Below, in pieces: positions 29,651 to 40,253 of a stretch of 64,000 nt of DNA; positions within the stretch are counted from its first letter, which is position 1; each line of letters starts with the position of its first letter. The stretch lies in NCBI GenBank assembly GCA_963715335.1, contig CAVQRZ010000019.1, positions 111,856 through 175,855 on the forward strand, in the 5' to 3' direction. This DNA comes from an uncultured delta proteobacterium. Its GTDB lineage: Bacteria > Desulfobacterota > Desulfuromonadia > Desulfuromonadales > BM103. The translations under genes were made by a program, and so were the position numbers. The notes under the pieces are model-generated. The model saw only the letters and a list, made by a program, of their open reading frames with translations, was not told the DNA's origin and searched no databases.

Positions 29651-30313
29651 ATGAGTGACTATCTGACTTTTGCCCTGCCCAAGGGGCGCATCATGCAGGA
29701 CTCCATGGACCTGTTTGCCAGGATCGGCATCACCTGTCCGGAAATGGACGATCCCGGGCGCAAACTGGTCTTTGAGAACCATGCTGACAAGCTGCGGTTC
29801 ATGGCCGTTCGTGCTCAGGATGTGCCGACTTACGTCGAACATGGCTGCGCTGATATCGGCGTGGTCGGCAAAGACACCCTGCTGGAGCAGGGCCGGGACC
29901 TCTACGAGCCGCTCGACCTGCAGTTCGGCTACTGTCGCCTGGTCGTCGCCGAGCCGAAAGAGCTGCAAAAGGACGACGACCCTGCCGGCTGGTCGAACAT
30001 CCGTGTGGCCACCAAGTACCCCAATGTCACGGAAAAATTCTTCGCCGCCAAGGGCGTCCAGGTTGAAGTCATCAAACTGTACGGATCGATCGAGCTTTCA
30101 CCGCTGGTCGGTCTGGCCGAACGGATCGTCGACCTGGTCTCGACCGGAGGGACCATGCGCGAAAATGGCCTGGTCGAAGTGGAGACGATCGCCGAGGTGA
30201 CCAGTCGGCTGATCGTCAACCGCGCCAGTCTCAAGACCAAGCACCGCCGCATCTCCCGATTAATAGAAGACCTGGAAAAGGTCATCGAGGATGGTCCGCG
30301 GATTTCAGGTTAG
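29651..30313 (+). CDS. hisG: ATP phosphoribosyltransferase, short form
   Basis: ALPKGR, VATKYP, IVDLVSTGGT; ~220 aa. Confidence 0.96.
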   Translation: MSDYLTFALPKGRIMQDSMDLFARIGITCPEMDDPGRKLVFENHADKLRFMAVRAQDVPTYVEHGCADIGVVGKDTLLEQGRDLYEPLDLQFGYCRLVVAEPKELQKDDDPAGWSNIRVATKYPNVTEKFFAAKGVQVEVIKLYGSIELSPLVGLAERIVDLVSTGGTMRENGLVEVETIAEVTSRLIVNRASLKTKHRRISRLIEDLEKVIEDGPRISG

Positions 30314-30336
30314 GAACGGCTGCAGAGGGAGAGATA

Positions 30337-31632
30337 ATGATGCGTTTTCTGCATTTTTCAGATGCCGGTTTTGCCGAGGCTTTTCGCGCGATCAGTGAAC
30401 GTGGCGAGACGACCCCTGCCGGGATCTTGGAGACCGTCGAGGCGATCCTGGCCGACGTCCGTAAACGCGGCGATGCCGCCCTTTTTGAATACACGGAACG
30501 CTTTGATCGCCTCAAGCTTGACGCCACGACTCTCGAAGTCTCCGCGACTGAAATCGAACAGGCGCTGGCCGAGGTTGACCGGGAGACCTTGGCAACCTTG
30601 CAGCTTGCTGCCGACCGGATTGCCAGTTTCCATCGCCGGCAGAAGGAAGAGTCCTGGCTTTCGGATGATGAGCCGGATATCCGGCTTGGCCAGATGGTCA
30701 CGCCCCTGGACCGGGTTGGCATTTATGTACCCGGCGGCAAGGCGGCATACCCTTCTTCAGTACTGATGAATGCCGTGCCGGCCAAGGTGGCCGGAGTTGG
30801 CGAAATCATCATGGTTGTGCCAATGCCTGACGGTGTGGTCAACCCATATGTCCTGGCCGCGGCCCATATCGCAGGGGTTGACCGGATTTTCAAGATCGGC
30901 GGCGCCCAGGCGGTTGCGGCCCTGGCCTACGGCACGGCAAGCATCCCGAAGGTCGACAAGATCACCGGGCCCGGTAACATTTATGTTGCCACAGCCAAAC
31001 GGCTGGTCTTCGGCACGGTTGATATCGACATGATCGCCGGTCCGAGTGAAATCCTGGTCATCAACGACGGCAGCGGCGAGCCTGCCCATATCGCTGCCGA
31101 CCTGCTTTCCCAGGCTGAACACGATGAACTGGCGGCCTCGATCCTGATCACCACCGACGAAGCTTTTGGCCGCCGGGTGGTCGACGAACTTGAACGCCAG
31201 CTTGCGCAGCTGTCACGTGCAGCTATCGCCCGGCAGTCGATTGACAACTACGGGGCGGTCATTGTCGCCCGCGACCTCGCCGAAGCGACAGAGTTCAGTA
31301 ACCGGATCGCCCCCGAACATCTCGAACTCGCGGTTGCGGAGCCTTTCGAACTGTTGCCGCTGGTTCGGCATGCCGGCGCCGTTTTCCTCGGCCACCACAC
31401 CCCGGAGGCGGCCGGTGATTATTTGGCCGGGCCGAACCATACTCTACCGACCGGGGGAACAGCACGCTTCTTCTCGCCGCTGGGCACCGAAGACTTCATC
31501 AAGAAGTCGAGCCTGATCTCCTTCAGCAAGGAGGGGCTGGAGCGGCTTGGCGAGAGCATCGTCAAAATTGCCGAACTTGAAGGCCTGCAAGCCCATGCCC
31601 GATCGGTACAGATCAGGCTGGGCAAGGGCTAA
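30337..31632 (+). CDS. hisD: Histidinol dehydrogenase
   Basis: [26 protein letters not shown]. Confidence 0.98.
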   Translation: MMRFLHFSDAGFAEAFRAISERGETTPAGILETVEAILADVRKRGDAALFEYTERFDRLKLDATTLEVSATEIEQALAEVDRETLATLQLAADRIASFHRRQKEESWLSDDEPDIRLGQMVTPLDRVGIYVPGGKAAYPSSVLMNAVPAKVAGVGEIIMVVPMPDGVVNPYVLAAAHIAGVDRIFKIGGAQAVAALAYGTASIPKVDKITGPGNIYVATAKRLVFGTVDIDMIAGPSEILVINDGSGEPAHIAADLLSQAEHDELAASILITTDEAFGRRVVDELERQLAQLSRAAIARQSIDNYGAVIVARDLAEATEFSNRIAPEHLELAVAEPFELLPLVRHAGAVFLGHHTPEAAGDYLAGPNHTLPTGGTARFFSPLGTEDFIKKSSLISFSKEGLERLGESIVKIAELEGLQAHARSVQIRLGKG

Positions 31633-31658
31633 ACAGCATTGACTCTCTGGAGGAGACC

Positions 31659-32249
31659 ATGGCACGGACTGCCACGATCAAGCGCACGACCAAAGAAACC
31701 GAGATCAGCGTAACTCTGAACCTGGATGGTCGTGGTACGCATGGAATTGAATCCGGCGTGCCCTTTCTCGACCATATGCTGACCCAAATCGCCCGGCACG
31801 GGTTCTTCGATCTGCAGGTCAGTGCCAAAGGAGACCTGGAGATTGACGCTCACCACACGGTTGAGGACCTCGGGATCTGCCTGGGCGAAGCCTTCAAGCA
31901 GGCGTTAGGCGACAAGTCGGGAGTGCGCCGTTATGGTCGTGGGACCATGCCGATGCACGAAGCACTGGCCGCAGTGGTGATCGATTTCTCCGGCCGGCCG
32001 TTTCTCGTCTATAACGTGCCCCTGCCGAAGGCCCAGATCGGCAACTTCGAACTGGAACTGGTCGAAGAGTTTTTCACGGCGTTCTGTAACCATGCCGGCG
32101 CCAACGTGCACGTCAATCTGGCCTATGGCGACAACCTGCATCACATCGTCGAGGCGGTTTACAAGGCTTTTGCCCGGGCTCTGGATGAAGCGACACAGCT
32201 GGACCCGAGAGTCGATGGAGTCCTCTCATCCAAGGGGACGTTAGAGTAA
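31659..32249 (+). CDS. hisB: Imidazoleglycerol-phosphate dehydratase
   Basis: [22 protein letters not shown]. Confidence 0.97.
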   Translation: MARTATIKRTTKETEISVTLNLDGRGTHGIESGVPFLDHMLTQIARHGFFDLQVSAKGDLEIDAHHTVEDLGICLGEAFKQALGDKSGVRRYGRGTMPMHEALAAVVIDFSGRPFLVYNVPLPKAQIGNFELELVEEFFTAFCNHAGANVHVNLAYGDNLHHIVEAVYKAFARALDEATQLDPRVDGVLSSKGTLE

Positions 32250-32262
32250 ATATATCAAGAAG

Positions 32263-32373
32263 AGAATCCAGAATCCGGAATTCAGGAGCCAGAATCCAGG
32301 ATCAGGATTGCAAAGCCTTTCTTCTGAATACTTAATTCTGGATACTGGATACCTGGTTCTGAACACGGAACAC
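32263..32373. repeat. Heptamer tandem repeat with inverted arm (AGAATCC ... TTCTGGA/TACTGGA class)
   Basis: hisB/hisH junction. Confidence 0.8.
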
Positions 32374-32382
32374 TTAAGAGAC

Positions 32383-33006
32383 ATGATTACCATCATCGAT
32401 TATGAAATGGGCAACCTGCGCAGTGTCGAGAAAGCTTTCGAGAGTCTCGGCTTTGCGGCACGGGTCAGCAGCAATCCTGAAGATCTGCTGGCAACAGACA
32501 AAATCGTGCTTCCTGGGGTCGGGGCTTTCAGGGATTGTCTCGATAACCTGCGTAACGGAGGTTTTGTCGGGCCGTTACTGCAGCACATCGAGGCAGGCAA
32601 GCCGCTGCTCGGTATCTGTGTCGGCATGCAGATGCTTTTTGATGAAAGTGAAGAGTTTGGCCACCATCAAGGGCTTGGCTTGATCCCTGGCAAAGTGACC
32701 CGTTTCCCGGCCGGGATGGAAGAGGGCGGGGAGCGCCTCAAGGTGCCCCATATGGGCTGGAACACCATCGAGATCAAGCAGGCTGCCCCTATCTTCAAAG
32801 GCACCGCACAAGGGAGTTATGTCTACTTCGTGCACTCCTACTACTGTGCGGCTGACAACCCGGACGATGTTGCAGCGAGTTGCCGCTACGGAGACATCGA
32901 GTTCTCTGCGGCAATCTGGCGAGACAACCTCATGGCCACCCAGTTTCACCCGGAGAAGAGCCAGGATATCGGCCTGAATATTTTCAGGAATTTTGGTGAA
33001 TTATAA
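32383..33006 (+). CDS. hisH: Imidazole glycerol phosphate synthase subunit HisH
   Basis: GNLRSV, LPGVG, GICVGMQ, YFVHSY, QFHPEKS. Confidence 0.97.
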   Translation: MITIIDYEMGNLRSVEKAFESLGFAARVSSNPEDLLATDKIVLPGVGAFRDCLDNLRNGGFVGPLLQHIEAGKPLLGICVGMQMLFDESEEFGHHQGLGLIPGKVTRFPAGMEEGGERLKVPHMGWNTIEIKQAAPIFKGTAQGSYVYFVHSYYCAADNPDDVAASCRYGDIEFSAAIWRDNLMATQFHPEKSQDIGLNIFRNFGEL

Positions 33007-33010
33007 ATAA

Positions 33011-33049
33011 AGCGTGAAGTGCGAGATGCGAAGCGCGAATAAAAAAAGG
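33011..33049. repeat. Heptamer tandem repeat (CGAGATG/CGAAGCG class)
   Basis: hisH/hisA junction; resembles 2995-3036 and 49585-49615. Confidence 0.7.
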
Positions 33050-33062
33050 TCTAAAGCATAAG

Positions 33063-33797
33063 ATGATCATTCTCCCCGCAATCGATTTGAAAGAGGGCAA
33101 GTGTGTCCGGCTTGAGCAGGGCTTGATGGACCGGGACACCGTCTACAACGACAACCCGGGCGAGCAGGCCCGCATCTGGCAGGAGCAGGGTGGCGAACTG
33201 TTGCACATCGTCGATCTCGATGGGGCTTTTGCCGGAGTGCCGAAAAACCAGCAAGCGATCAAGGCAATCGTTGCTGCCATCAACATTCCATCTGAGTTGG
33301 GTGGCGGTATTCGTGATCTGCAGACCATCGAAGCCTATCTCGAGCTCGGTATCGACCGGGTGATTCTCGGTACTGTGGCCAAGGAAAATCCGGCACTGGT
33401 TAAAGAGGCCTGCAAGAAGTTCCCGGGACGGATTGTGGTTGGGATCGACGCCAAGAATGGCCTGGTGGCGGTCCGTGGCTGGGCCGATGTCACCGAGAAG
33501 AAGGCGACCGAGATGGCCAAGGAGATGGAAGGCTTCGGGGTTGAGGCGATTATCTACACAGACATCACTCGTGACGGCATGATGCAGGGGCCGAACATCG
33601 AGGCGACCAGGAATCTGGCCGAGTCGATCAATATCCCGGTGATTGCTTCCGGGGGGCTGTCAACTCTTGATGATATTAGAAGGTTGATGGCGATCGAGAC
33701 GTCCGGAGTGACGGGGGTGATAACCGGCAAGGCTATCTATTCCGGAGCCATAAACCTGCGCGAGGCGGTGGCCTTGACCAAAGGGGAGATCGCGTAG
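33063..33797 (+). CDS. hisA: ProFAR isomerase
   Basis: [26 protein letters not shown]. Confidence 0.97.
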   Translation: MIILPAIDLKEGKCVRLEQGLMDRDTVYNDNPGEQARIWQEQGGELLHIVDLDGAFAGVPKNQQAIKAIVAAINIPSELGGGIRDLQTIEAYLELGIDRVILGTVAKENPALVKEACKKFPGRIVVGIDAKNGLVAVRGWADVTEKKATEMAKEMEGFGVEAIIYTDITRDGMMQGPNIEATRNLAESINIPVIASGGLSTLDDIRRLMAIETSGVTGVITGKAIYSGAINLREAVALTKGEIA

Positions 33798-33798
33798 C

Positions 33799-34566
33799 AT
33801 GTTGGCAAAACGAATCATCCCTTGTCTCGACGTCAAGGATGGCCGGGTGGTCAAGGGCGTGCAGTTTGTTGAACTTCGCGATGCCGGAGACCCGGTCGAG
33901 GCCGCTGAAGCTTATGACGCCCAGGGTGCCGACGAGCTGACTTTTCTCGATATTACTGCCTCCAGCGACAAACGCAGTATTATCCTCGACGTGGTGGCCC
34001 GGACGGCCGAACGGGTCTTCATGCCGCTGACGGTCGGCGGCGGGGTTCGTGAAATTGCCGATATCCGCAAGCTGCTCAATGCCGGTGCCGACAAGGTGTC
34101 AATCAACACCGCAGCGGTGCATCGCCCTGAGTTTGTCCGCGAGGCCGCTGAACGTTTCGGCTGCCAGTGTATTGTCGTCGCTATTGATGCCAGGAGGGTG
34201 CCGGGCAGTGATCCCTTGGCCTGGGAAGTTTACACCCACGGCGGACGAAATCCGACCGGCATCGACGTCCTGGAATGGGCAAGTCGGATGCAAAGATATG
34301 GTGCCGGCGAGATCCTTTTGACCTCGATGGATTGCGATGGCACCAAGGATGGCTATGATATTCCACTGACCCGTGCGGTCAGTGACCGGGTTGATGTCCC
34401 GGTTATCGCCTCCGGGGGGGTCGGCAACCTCGAGCATATCCGCGAGGGCCTCGTTGAAGGCGGCGCCAGTGCCGCATTGGCGGCGAGCATCTTTCACTTT
34501 CGTGAGTATACGATAGGGGAATGCAAGGCCTATCTGCGCGAGCACAGCGTGCCTGTGCGGGTTTGA
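33799..34566 (+). CDS. hisF: Imidazole glycerol phosphate synthase cyclase HisF
   Basis: [25 protein letters not shown]. Confidence 0.98.
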   Translation: MLAKRIIPCLDVKDGRVVKGVQFVELRDAGDPVEAAEAYDAQGADELTFLDITASSDKRSIILDVVARTAERVFMPLTVGGGVREIADIRKLLNAGADKVSINTAAVHRPEFVREAAERFGCQCIVVAIDARRVPGSDPLAWEVYTHGGRNPTGIDVLEWASRMQRYGAGEILLTSMDCDGTKDGYDIPLTRAVSDRVDVPVIASGGVGNLEHIREGLVEGGASAALAASIFHFREYTIGECKAYLREHSVPVRV

Positions 34567-34588
34567 TCCTTCTGGAAACAGGCTCTTA

Positions 34589-34651
34589 GCCACAAAGACT
34601 CAAAGACACCAAGAAGAATTGATGGGCTTTGCGTCTTAGTGTCTTGGCAGC
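34589..34651. repeat. 9-mer tandem repeat with inverted arm
   Basis: gccacaaagactcaaagacaccaag ... ctttgcgtcttagtgtcttggcagc at the hisF/hisE junction. Confidence 0.7.
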
Positions 34652-34689
34652 ACTTTGGAGCTTTCGGTTCTTAACTTAAGGCGAAGTAA

Positions 34690-35016
34690 ATGAAAGACGA
34701 CAAAAATATTCTGGATGCGGTTTATCAGGTGATCCAGGAACGCAAAAACAATCCATCGACGAAGTCCTACGTTGCTTCGCTTTACGCCAAGGGGCTGGAC
34801 AAGATCCTCGGCAAGATCGGTGAAGAAGCAACCGAGGTGGCCGTGGCCGGCAAGGGTGCCAAGGTCGATGAGATTGTCAACGAAGTCGCAGACCTCTGGT
34901 TCCACACCCTGGTGCTGCTCAGTTATTACGATTTGACCCCGGAACAAATTTACGCAGAACTTGAGCGCCGCTTCGGCACGTCCGGCCTGGAGGAAAAGGC
35001 CGGTCGGGTCGACTGA
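34690..35016 (+). CDS. hisE: Phosphoribosyl-ATP diphosphatase (stand-alone)
   Basis: SYVASL, KIGEEATE, EVADLWFH. Confidence 0.95.
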   Translation: MKDDKNILDAVYQVIQERKNNPSTKSYVASLYAKGLDKILGKIGEEATEVAVAGKGAKVDEIVNEVADLWFHTLVLLSYYDLTPEQIYAELERRFGTSGLEEKAGRVD

Positions 35017-35038
35017 GTCGGTGGGAGATCCAAGCATT

Positions 35039-35482
35039 ATGAGTATCCAGGAACAATTGACAACAGAAATGAAGGTCGCAATGAAAGCCAGGGACAGCCT
35101 GCGTCTGAGCACCATACGCATGGCGCGCACTGCCCTGAAAAACGCTGAAATCGATGCTCGCCAGGAGCTGGATGATGCGGCGACAATCAAGATTCTCTCC
35201 ACTCTGGTCAAGCAGCGCCGCGAGGCGGCAGAAGCCTACCGGGCGACCCGCCCGGAGCTGGCGGACAAGGAAGAGCAGGAGCTGGCTGTTTTGCAGGAGT
35301 TTCTGCCGGCACAACTTGGCATGGATGAACTGGAAAGGCTGGTTGCCAGGGCGATTGCCGAGAGCGGAGCCAGTGCGATGCGAGATATGGGCGCGGTCAT
35401 GAAGCTGGTCACTCCCCAGACCACCGGTCGTGCCGATGGCAAGCTGGTTAGTGAAATAGTTCGTAAACAGCTGGCGGGGTAA
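35039..35482 (+). CDS. GatB/YqeY domain protein
   Basis: MKVAMKARD, KQRRE, FLPAQL, DMGAVM, GRADG. Confidence 0.93.
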   Translation: MSIQEQLTTEMKVAMKARDSLRLSTIRMARTALKNAEIDARQELDDAATIKILSTLVKQRREAAEAYRATRPELADKEEQELAVLQEFLPAQLGMDELERLVARAIAESGASAMRDMGAVMKLVTPQTTGRADGKLVSEIVRKQLAG

Positions 35483-35507
35483 GCTTCGAGGGGGCCTGAA
35501 TCGGATC

Positions 35508-35990
35508 ATGAACGGCATTGATATTGCCATCCTTGTCATCCTCTGCGGCTTTTTGCTGAAGGGGTTGCTGCGCGGCCTGCTCAAGGAAGTCTGTTCCCTG
35601 GCAGGCCTTTTTGTCGGGGCTTTTCTGGCTTTCCGCTACCATGGGCCTCTGGCAGAGGCCCTGCTCAAGCAAGTTGACCTGCCAGCCCAGATTGCCGTGG
35701 CGATTACATTTACCGTGCTTTTTCTGGCGACCATGATTTTCTTCCTGGCCCTCGGCTTTCTCCTGTCCCGTGTTGTCAAATTGCTTTTCCTCGGTGGTTT
35801 TAACCGCCTGATCGGAGGGGTTTTCGGCTTGTCCCAGGGGGTGCTTCTGCTGGCAGTGGTGATTTTTGCCCTGTCGCTGCGACCACTGCCGTGGGATTTC
35901 GACAAAGCCGTGAAAAAAGCCTATCTGGCACCGCCGTTTGCTGATCTGGGGGATGCCATCCTGCAAGGGAGCCAGCGTGTCTTGAAATGA
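35508..35990 (+). CDS. cvpA: CvpA family membrane protein
   Basis: GLLRGLLKE, NRLIGGVFG, four TM segments. Confidence 0.88.
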   Translation: MNGIDIAILVILCGFLLKGLLRGLLKEVCSLAGLFVGAFLAFRYHGPLAEALLKQVDLPAQIAVAITFTVLFLATMIFFLALGFLLSRVVKLLFLGGFNRLIGGVFGLSQGVLLLAVVIFALSLRPLPWDFDKAVKKAYLAPPFADLGDAILQGSQRVLK

Positions 35991-38380
35991 TTATGTCTGA
36001 TCGAGGGAATTCAAACATATTTTCAACTGATAGCCTGGTGCAGCTGGAGTTTGCCAAAGTAGTCAACCTGGTCGTTGGCAAAACCCAGACGCCTTACGGC
36101 AAGGTTTTGGCCGAGACACTGGCGCCGCTGCATGATCACGAGTGTATCCTTGAAGCTTTACAGCAAACGGAAGAAGCCAGGTTGATATTGCGGGAAGACG
36201 GGCCACTCCCCTTGGGCTCCGGAGACGATCTCCTTCCCCACCTTGATACATTGCATACTGAGGGACTGAGGCTCGAGCCAGAGGTCTTGCGTGACGTCCA
36301 GTCGGCCCTTGAGGCCGCGTCTGAAAGTCGCCAGCAGCTGTTCAACAGCGAACACTGTTCGGTGTTGATGCCCTTTGCCAAAAGATTAACCCCGATTCCG
36401 GAACTGGTTGCTGATATCCGGCGCAGCATCGGTCAACGTGGTGAAATCCTTGATACCGCTTCATTTGAACTGGCGGACCTGCGTGACAGCATCAAGGGCG
36501 AGCGAACCAGGGTCAGACGTCAATTGGAGAAACTGTTGCAGGATGAGCGACTGCAGGGGGTGTTCCAGGAAACTTTGATTACTGACCGCAACGGCCGCTA
36601 CGTCGTACCAGTCCGGGCCGATCACAGCGGACGGCTGAAAGGCTTCGTCCACGATGTCTCGGCCAGCGGCCAGACCCTTTATCTGGAACCGGCGAGTACG
36701 CTGGAGAGCAACAATCGTATCCAGACTACGCTGCACATGATTTCCCGGGAAGAAGAGCGTATCCTGGCTCGCCTGACCGCCGGGGTGCGCAAGGTGCGCA
36801 TAGAGCTGGCTGAGAACCAGGGAGTTCTGGCGCACCTCGATCTTCGCCAGGCAATGGCCCGGTTGACAGTAGAGATGGATGGTGTCGTTCCTGAATTGGT
36901 TGAAAAACCGTGTCTCGGGTTACGCGATGCCCGTCATCCATTGCTGGTCGCGGCAAAACTTGTTGACCGTGATGCGCCGAGTCCGGTGCCGATCGATGTC
37001 CGCCTTGCAGAGGAGTGCCAGGCATTGATTATCAGCGGACCGAATACCGGCGGTAAAACGGTTGCCCTCAAGACCGCCGGTTTGCTGGTCTTGATGGTCC
37101 GCGCCGGCATGCCGATCCCCTGTGCTCCGGGAAGCTTCCTTTTCCCCTTTTCCCGGGTGATGACCGATATCGGCGATGAACAAAGCATCGAGGCGAGCCT
37201 CTCAACTTATTCCGGGCACTTGATGCGTTGGCGCAAGATTATAGAAAATGCTGATGAGACAACCCTGGTGCTGATGGATGAACTCGGTACCGGTACCGAT
37301 CCGGGGGAAGGCTCGGCACTGGCACTGGCGACCGTCGATTGTCTGCGAAGCCTTGGCGCAAGGGTTCTGGCGACAACGCACCTGCATGTCGTCAAGGGGT
37401 ATGCCCAGCTTGAAGACCAGGTTGAAAATGCCGCCGTTGAATTTGATACCGAGACATTACAACCGACCTTTCGCTTGCATTATGGCATCCCGGGAGCCAG
37501 CCATGCCTTTACCATTGCCCGCAGAATCGGGTTGCCTGAGTCTCTGTTGAACGATGCTGATGGCTATCTTGACCAGGATGAGCGCTCCGGCGGCGCTATC
37601 ATAGAACGATTACAGTCGCTGCGTGCGGATCTGGATGAGGCGCTGGATACGGCGCAACGATTACGCTCTTCGGCAGAAGTGGAACAACGAAAGATTCGTA
37701 ATGATCGTGAGGACCTTGAGGGGCGCAAGCAGGAGATTCTTGAAGAGGCTCGCCTGCAAGGCAAGAAAATCCTGGACGCCGCCGAAGAGAAGTTACAGAA
37801 GGTATTCAGCAAGATCACCCAGGGTGATGTCCAGCCCAAAGAGCGAGCAGAGCTGACCCGATCTGTGCGGGAGCTGCGTGACACCTTGCCAGAGCCTTTG
37901 CCGCAGGGGCCGCAACAGATACCCCTGGATGTTGTGCCAGGAGAAGTCCTGTATGTGCCGGCCCTGGGCGTAGATGCCGAGGTTGCCGGTGTTGATGGGA
38001 GCCGGGTGGAGCTCGTCGCCAGTGGCAAGAAGTTGCGCCAGTCGATCAAGTCGCTGCGCCAGTATCAGCCGCGTCGTTTTGCCGAGCAGAAAAAAGTTGC
38101 TCCCAAGGTGCGCGACCAGGTCGAACGCAAGGCGTTTCTGCCACGGCTGGTTCTGGTCGGCAAAAGGGTTGAGGACGCCCAGGGAATGCTCGGTCGTTTT
38201 CTTGATGATGCGATGCTGTATGGTGAGCAGACACTGGAAATCGTCCATGGCGCCGGGCAAGGTATTTTACGCAAGGCGGTACGAGAATTTCTGGCCGAAC
38301 GTCGTGAGGTCACCGTTTTTCATGCTGCCGATCCGGAGCAGGGCGGCGATAACGTCACGATGGTCGAACTGAGGCACTGA
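35987..38380 (+). CDS. mutS2: Endonuclease MutS2
   Basis: ISGPNTGGKT, DIGDEQSI, DELGTGTDP, C-terminal Smr domain (IVHGAGQG). Confidence 0.95.
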   Translation: MIMSDRGNSNIFSTDSLVQLEFAKVVNLVVGKTQTPYGKVLAETLAPLHDHECILEALQQTEEARLILREDGPLPLGSGDDLLPHLDTLHTEGLRLEPEVLRDVQSALEAASESRQQLFNSEHCSVLMPFAKRLTPIPELVADIRRSIGQRGEILDTASFELADLRDSIKGERTRVRRQLEKLLQDERLQGVFQETLITDRNGRYVVPVRADHSGRLKGFVHDVSASGQTLYLEPASTLESNNRIQTTLHMISREEERILARLTAGVRKVRIELAENQGVLAHLDLRQAMARLTVEMDGVVPELVEKPCLGLRDARHPLLVAAKLVDRDAPSPVPIDVRLAEECQALIISGPNTGGKTVALKTAGLLVLMVRAGMPIPCAPGSFLFPFSRVMTDIGDEQSIEASLSTYSGHLMRWRKIIENADETTLVLMDELGTGTDPGEGSALALATVDCLRSLGARVLATTHLHVVKGYAQLEDQVENAAVEFDTETLQPTFRLHYGIPGASHAFTIARRIGLPESLLNDADGYLDQDERSGGAIIERLQSLRADLDEALDTAQRLRSSAEVEQRKIRNDREDLEGRKQEILEEARLQGKKILDAAEEKLQKVFSKITQGDVQPKERAELTRSVRELRDTLPEPLPQGPQQIPLDVVPGEVLYVPALGVDAEVAGVDGSRVELVASGKKLRQSIKSLRQYQPRRFAEQKKVAPKVRDQVERKAFLPRLVLVGKRVEDAQGMLGRFLDDAMLYGEQTLEIVHGAGQGILRKAVREFLAERREVTVFHAADPEQGGDNVTMVELRH

Positions 38381-40167
38381 TGGGACGCATAGCAGACGAA
38401 AAGATCCAGGAGATCAAGGATCGCATCGATATTGTTGAGGTGGTCTCCGGCTATCTGCCGCTCAAACGCTCCGGTGTCAATAACCAGGGGTTGTGTCCCT
38501 TCCATCAAGAGAAGTCTCCGTCTTTCAACGTCAACTCTGCACGACAGATTTTCCATTGCTTTGGCTGCGGTGTCGGCGGCAACGTCTTCTCTTTCCTGAT
38601 GCGCATGGAAGGCTTGAGCTTTCCGGATGCGGTCAAGCGTCTCGGCGAAAAAGTTGGTGTCGAGGTTGAGGAAGAGGACGTGTCGCCCGCCGAGATTCGT
38701 CGTCGCGAATCCCGTGAGCGACTGGCTCGAATTAACGAAGTGGCTGGTCAGTTTTACCATCAGCTTCTGCTTGAAGATGAAGTTGGTGCGCCTGGACGTC
38801 GTTATCTGCGACAGCGCGGTTATGAAGGGGAAACGGTCAGGGCGTTTCAGGTTGGCTTCGCTCCGGAGGGCTGGGAGACGCTGGCGAAACACCTGTCAGG
38901 CAAGAATTTTTCTGCCGAAGATATTCGTAATACCGGGTTGGTTCGTCCTGGCAAGCAGGGCCGCGGTGATTACGATCTGTTCCGCAATCGGCTGCTCTTC
39001 CCGATTCATGATCTCCAGGGCAGTGTGGTGGCCTTCGGTGGCCGGGTCCTTGATGACAGCCTGCCTAAATATATCAACTCACCGGAAACAGATGTCTACC
39101 ACAAGAGCAGGGTTCTTTACGGACTTTACCAGGCCCGTGATGCTATGCGTCACAACGGGGAGGCTCTGGTCGTTGAGGGATATTTTGACGTGCTTGCCCT
39201 GCACCGGGCCGGGTTTACCAGTGCGGTGGCGACCTGCGGCACGGCACTGACCCCCGATCACGCCCGCCTGCTCAAGCGCTATGCAGACAAGATCCTGCTG
39301 ATCTTTGATGAGGATGCTGCCGGCCGCCAGGCAACTTTTAGAGCCATGGATGCCCTGCTACCGTCCGGTCTGGCGGTCAGTGTTGTGGCGATGCCAGCAG
39401 GTGAAGACCCTGATTCATTGCTCAGGACAAGAGGCGAGGAAGGTTTCCGTAATTGCCTCGATGCAGCCAGGCCGGTTCTCGAGGTCTTCATCGAGGACCA
39501 GTTGCGTGTCAACGATGAGACCGTCGAAGGGCGGGCGCGTGCCGCTGAACAGGCGCTGGAACGTATCCGTCGCCTGCCCGGCGACCTGGAGCGTAGCCTG
39601 TATCTAAAGCAGCTTGCTGCACTTGTGGGCCTTGATGTTGACGATCTAAAAGCGAAACTGAAAAACAGCAAGCCCCTGCAAGTTCCTGTGCGTCGCCCGG
39701 CAGCTCAGTCCCGACCTGCAAGTAAGCCGTTGACCGAGATGGGACAAACTCAGAAATACCTGTTACGCTTGATGTTGGCTGATGACCAGTTGCGCAGCAA
39801 GGTGCGCGAAGTCGGGACAGAAGAGCTGTTTCTCGACGAACAATTCCGTGGCCTGGCTGATTCTCTCCTGAAGCGTGAAAATGCAGATGGCCAGTTGCCG
39901 CAGGATTTGATGGATACCAGCCTTGACGAAACGCAACTGGCGCTCTTGGCGGGGTTGATGTTGCAGGAAGACCAGGGCTGGGCAGACAACCCGGAGAAAC
40001 TTTTTGAGGATTGCCGCAAAGCCATGGCCAATGCTGTCCTGAAACAACGCCTGCAGGAGATACGGCAGGTCGAAGAAGAAGCCCGATATAACAATGATGA
40101 TGCAGCTTTAGAAAAATGTCAGCGCGAGCGTACAGAAATCAATCAGAAATTGAAAAAAAAGCTTTGA
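38380..40167 (+). CDS. dnaG: DNA primase
   Basis: CPFH...CFGC, KYINSPET, VEGYFD. Confidence 0.98.
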   Translation: MGRIADEKIQEIKDRIDIVEVVSGYLPLKRSGVNNQGLCPFHQEKSPSFNVNSARQIFHCFGCGVGGNVFSFLMRMEGLSFPDAVKRLGEKVGVEVEEEDVSPAEIRRRESRERLARINEVAGQFYHQLLLEDEVGAPGRRYLRQRGYEGETVRAFQVGFAPEGWETLAKHLSGKNFSAEDIRNTGLVRPGKQGRGDYDLFRNRLLFPIHDLQGSVVAFGGRVLDDSLPKYINSPETDVYHKSRVLYGLYQARDAMRHNGEALVVEGYFDVLALHRAGFTSAVATCGTALTPDHARLLKRYADKILLIFDEDAAGRQATFRAMDALLPSGLAVSVVAMPAGEDPDSLLRTRGEEGFRNCLDAARPVLEVFIEDQLRVNDETVEGRARAAEQALERIRRLPGDLERSLYLKQLAALVGLDVDDLKAKLKNSKPLQVPVRRPAAQSRPASKPLTEMGQTQKYLLRLMLADDQLRSKVREVGTEELFLDEQFRGLADSLLKRENADGQLPQDLMDTSLDETQLALLAGLMLQEDQGWADNPEKLFEDCRKAMANAVLKQRLQEIRQVEEEARYNNDDAALEKCQRERTEINQKLKKKL

Positions 40168-40253
40168 AATATAAGGCTTTTTCCATATAATCCAGTGCTT
40201 GTCCAAAAAATGCTATTCTGTGACCAGGGTAAGTATCTTTGAGGGGCGTATTA

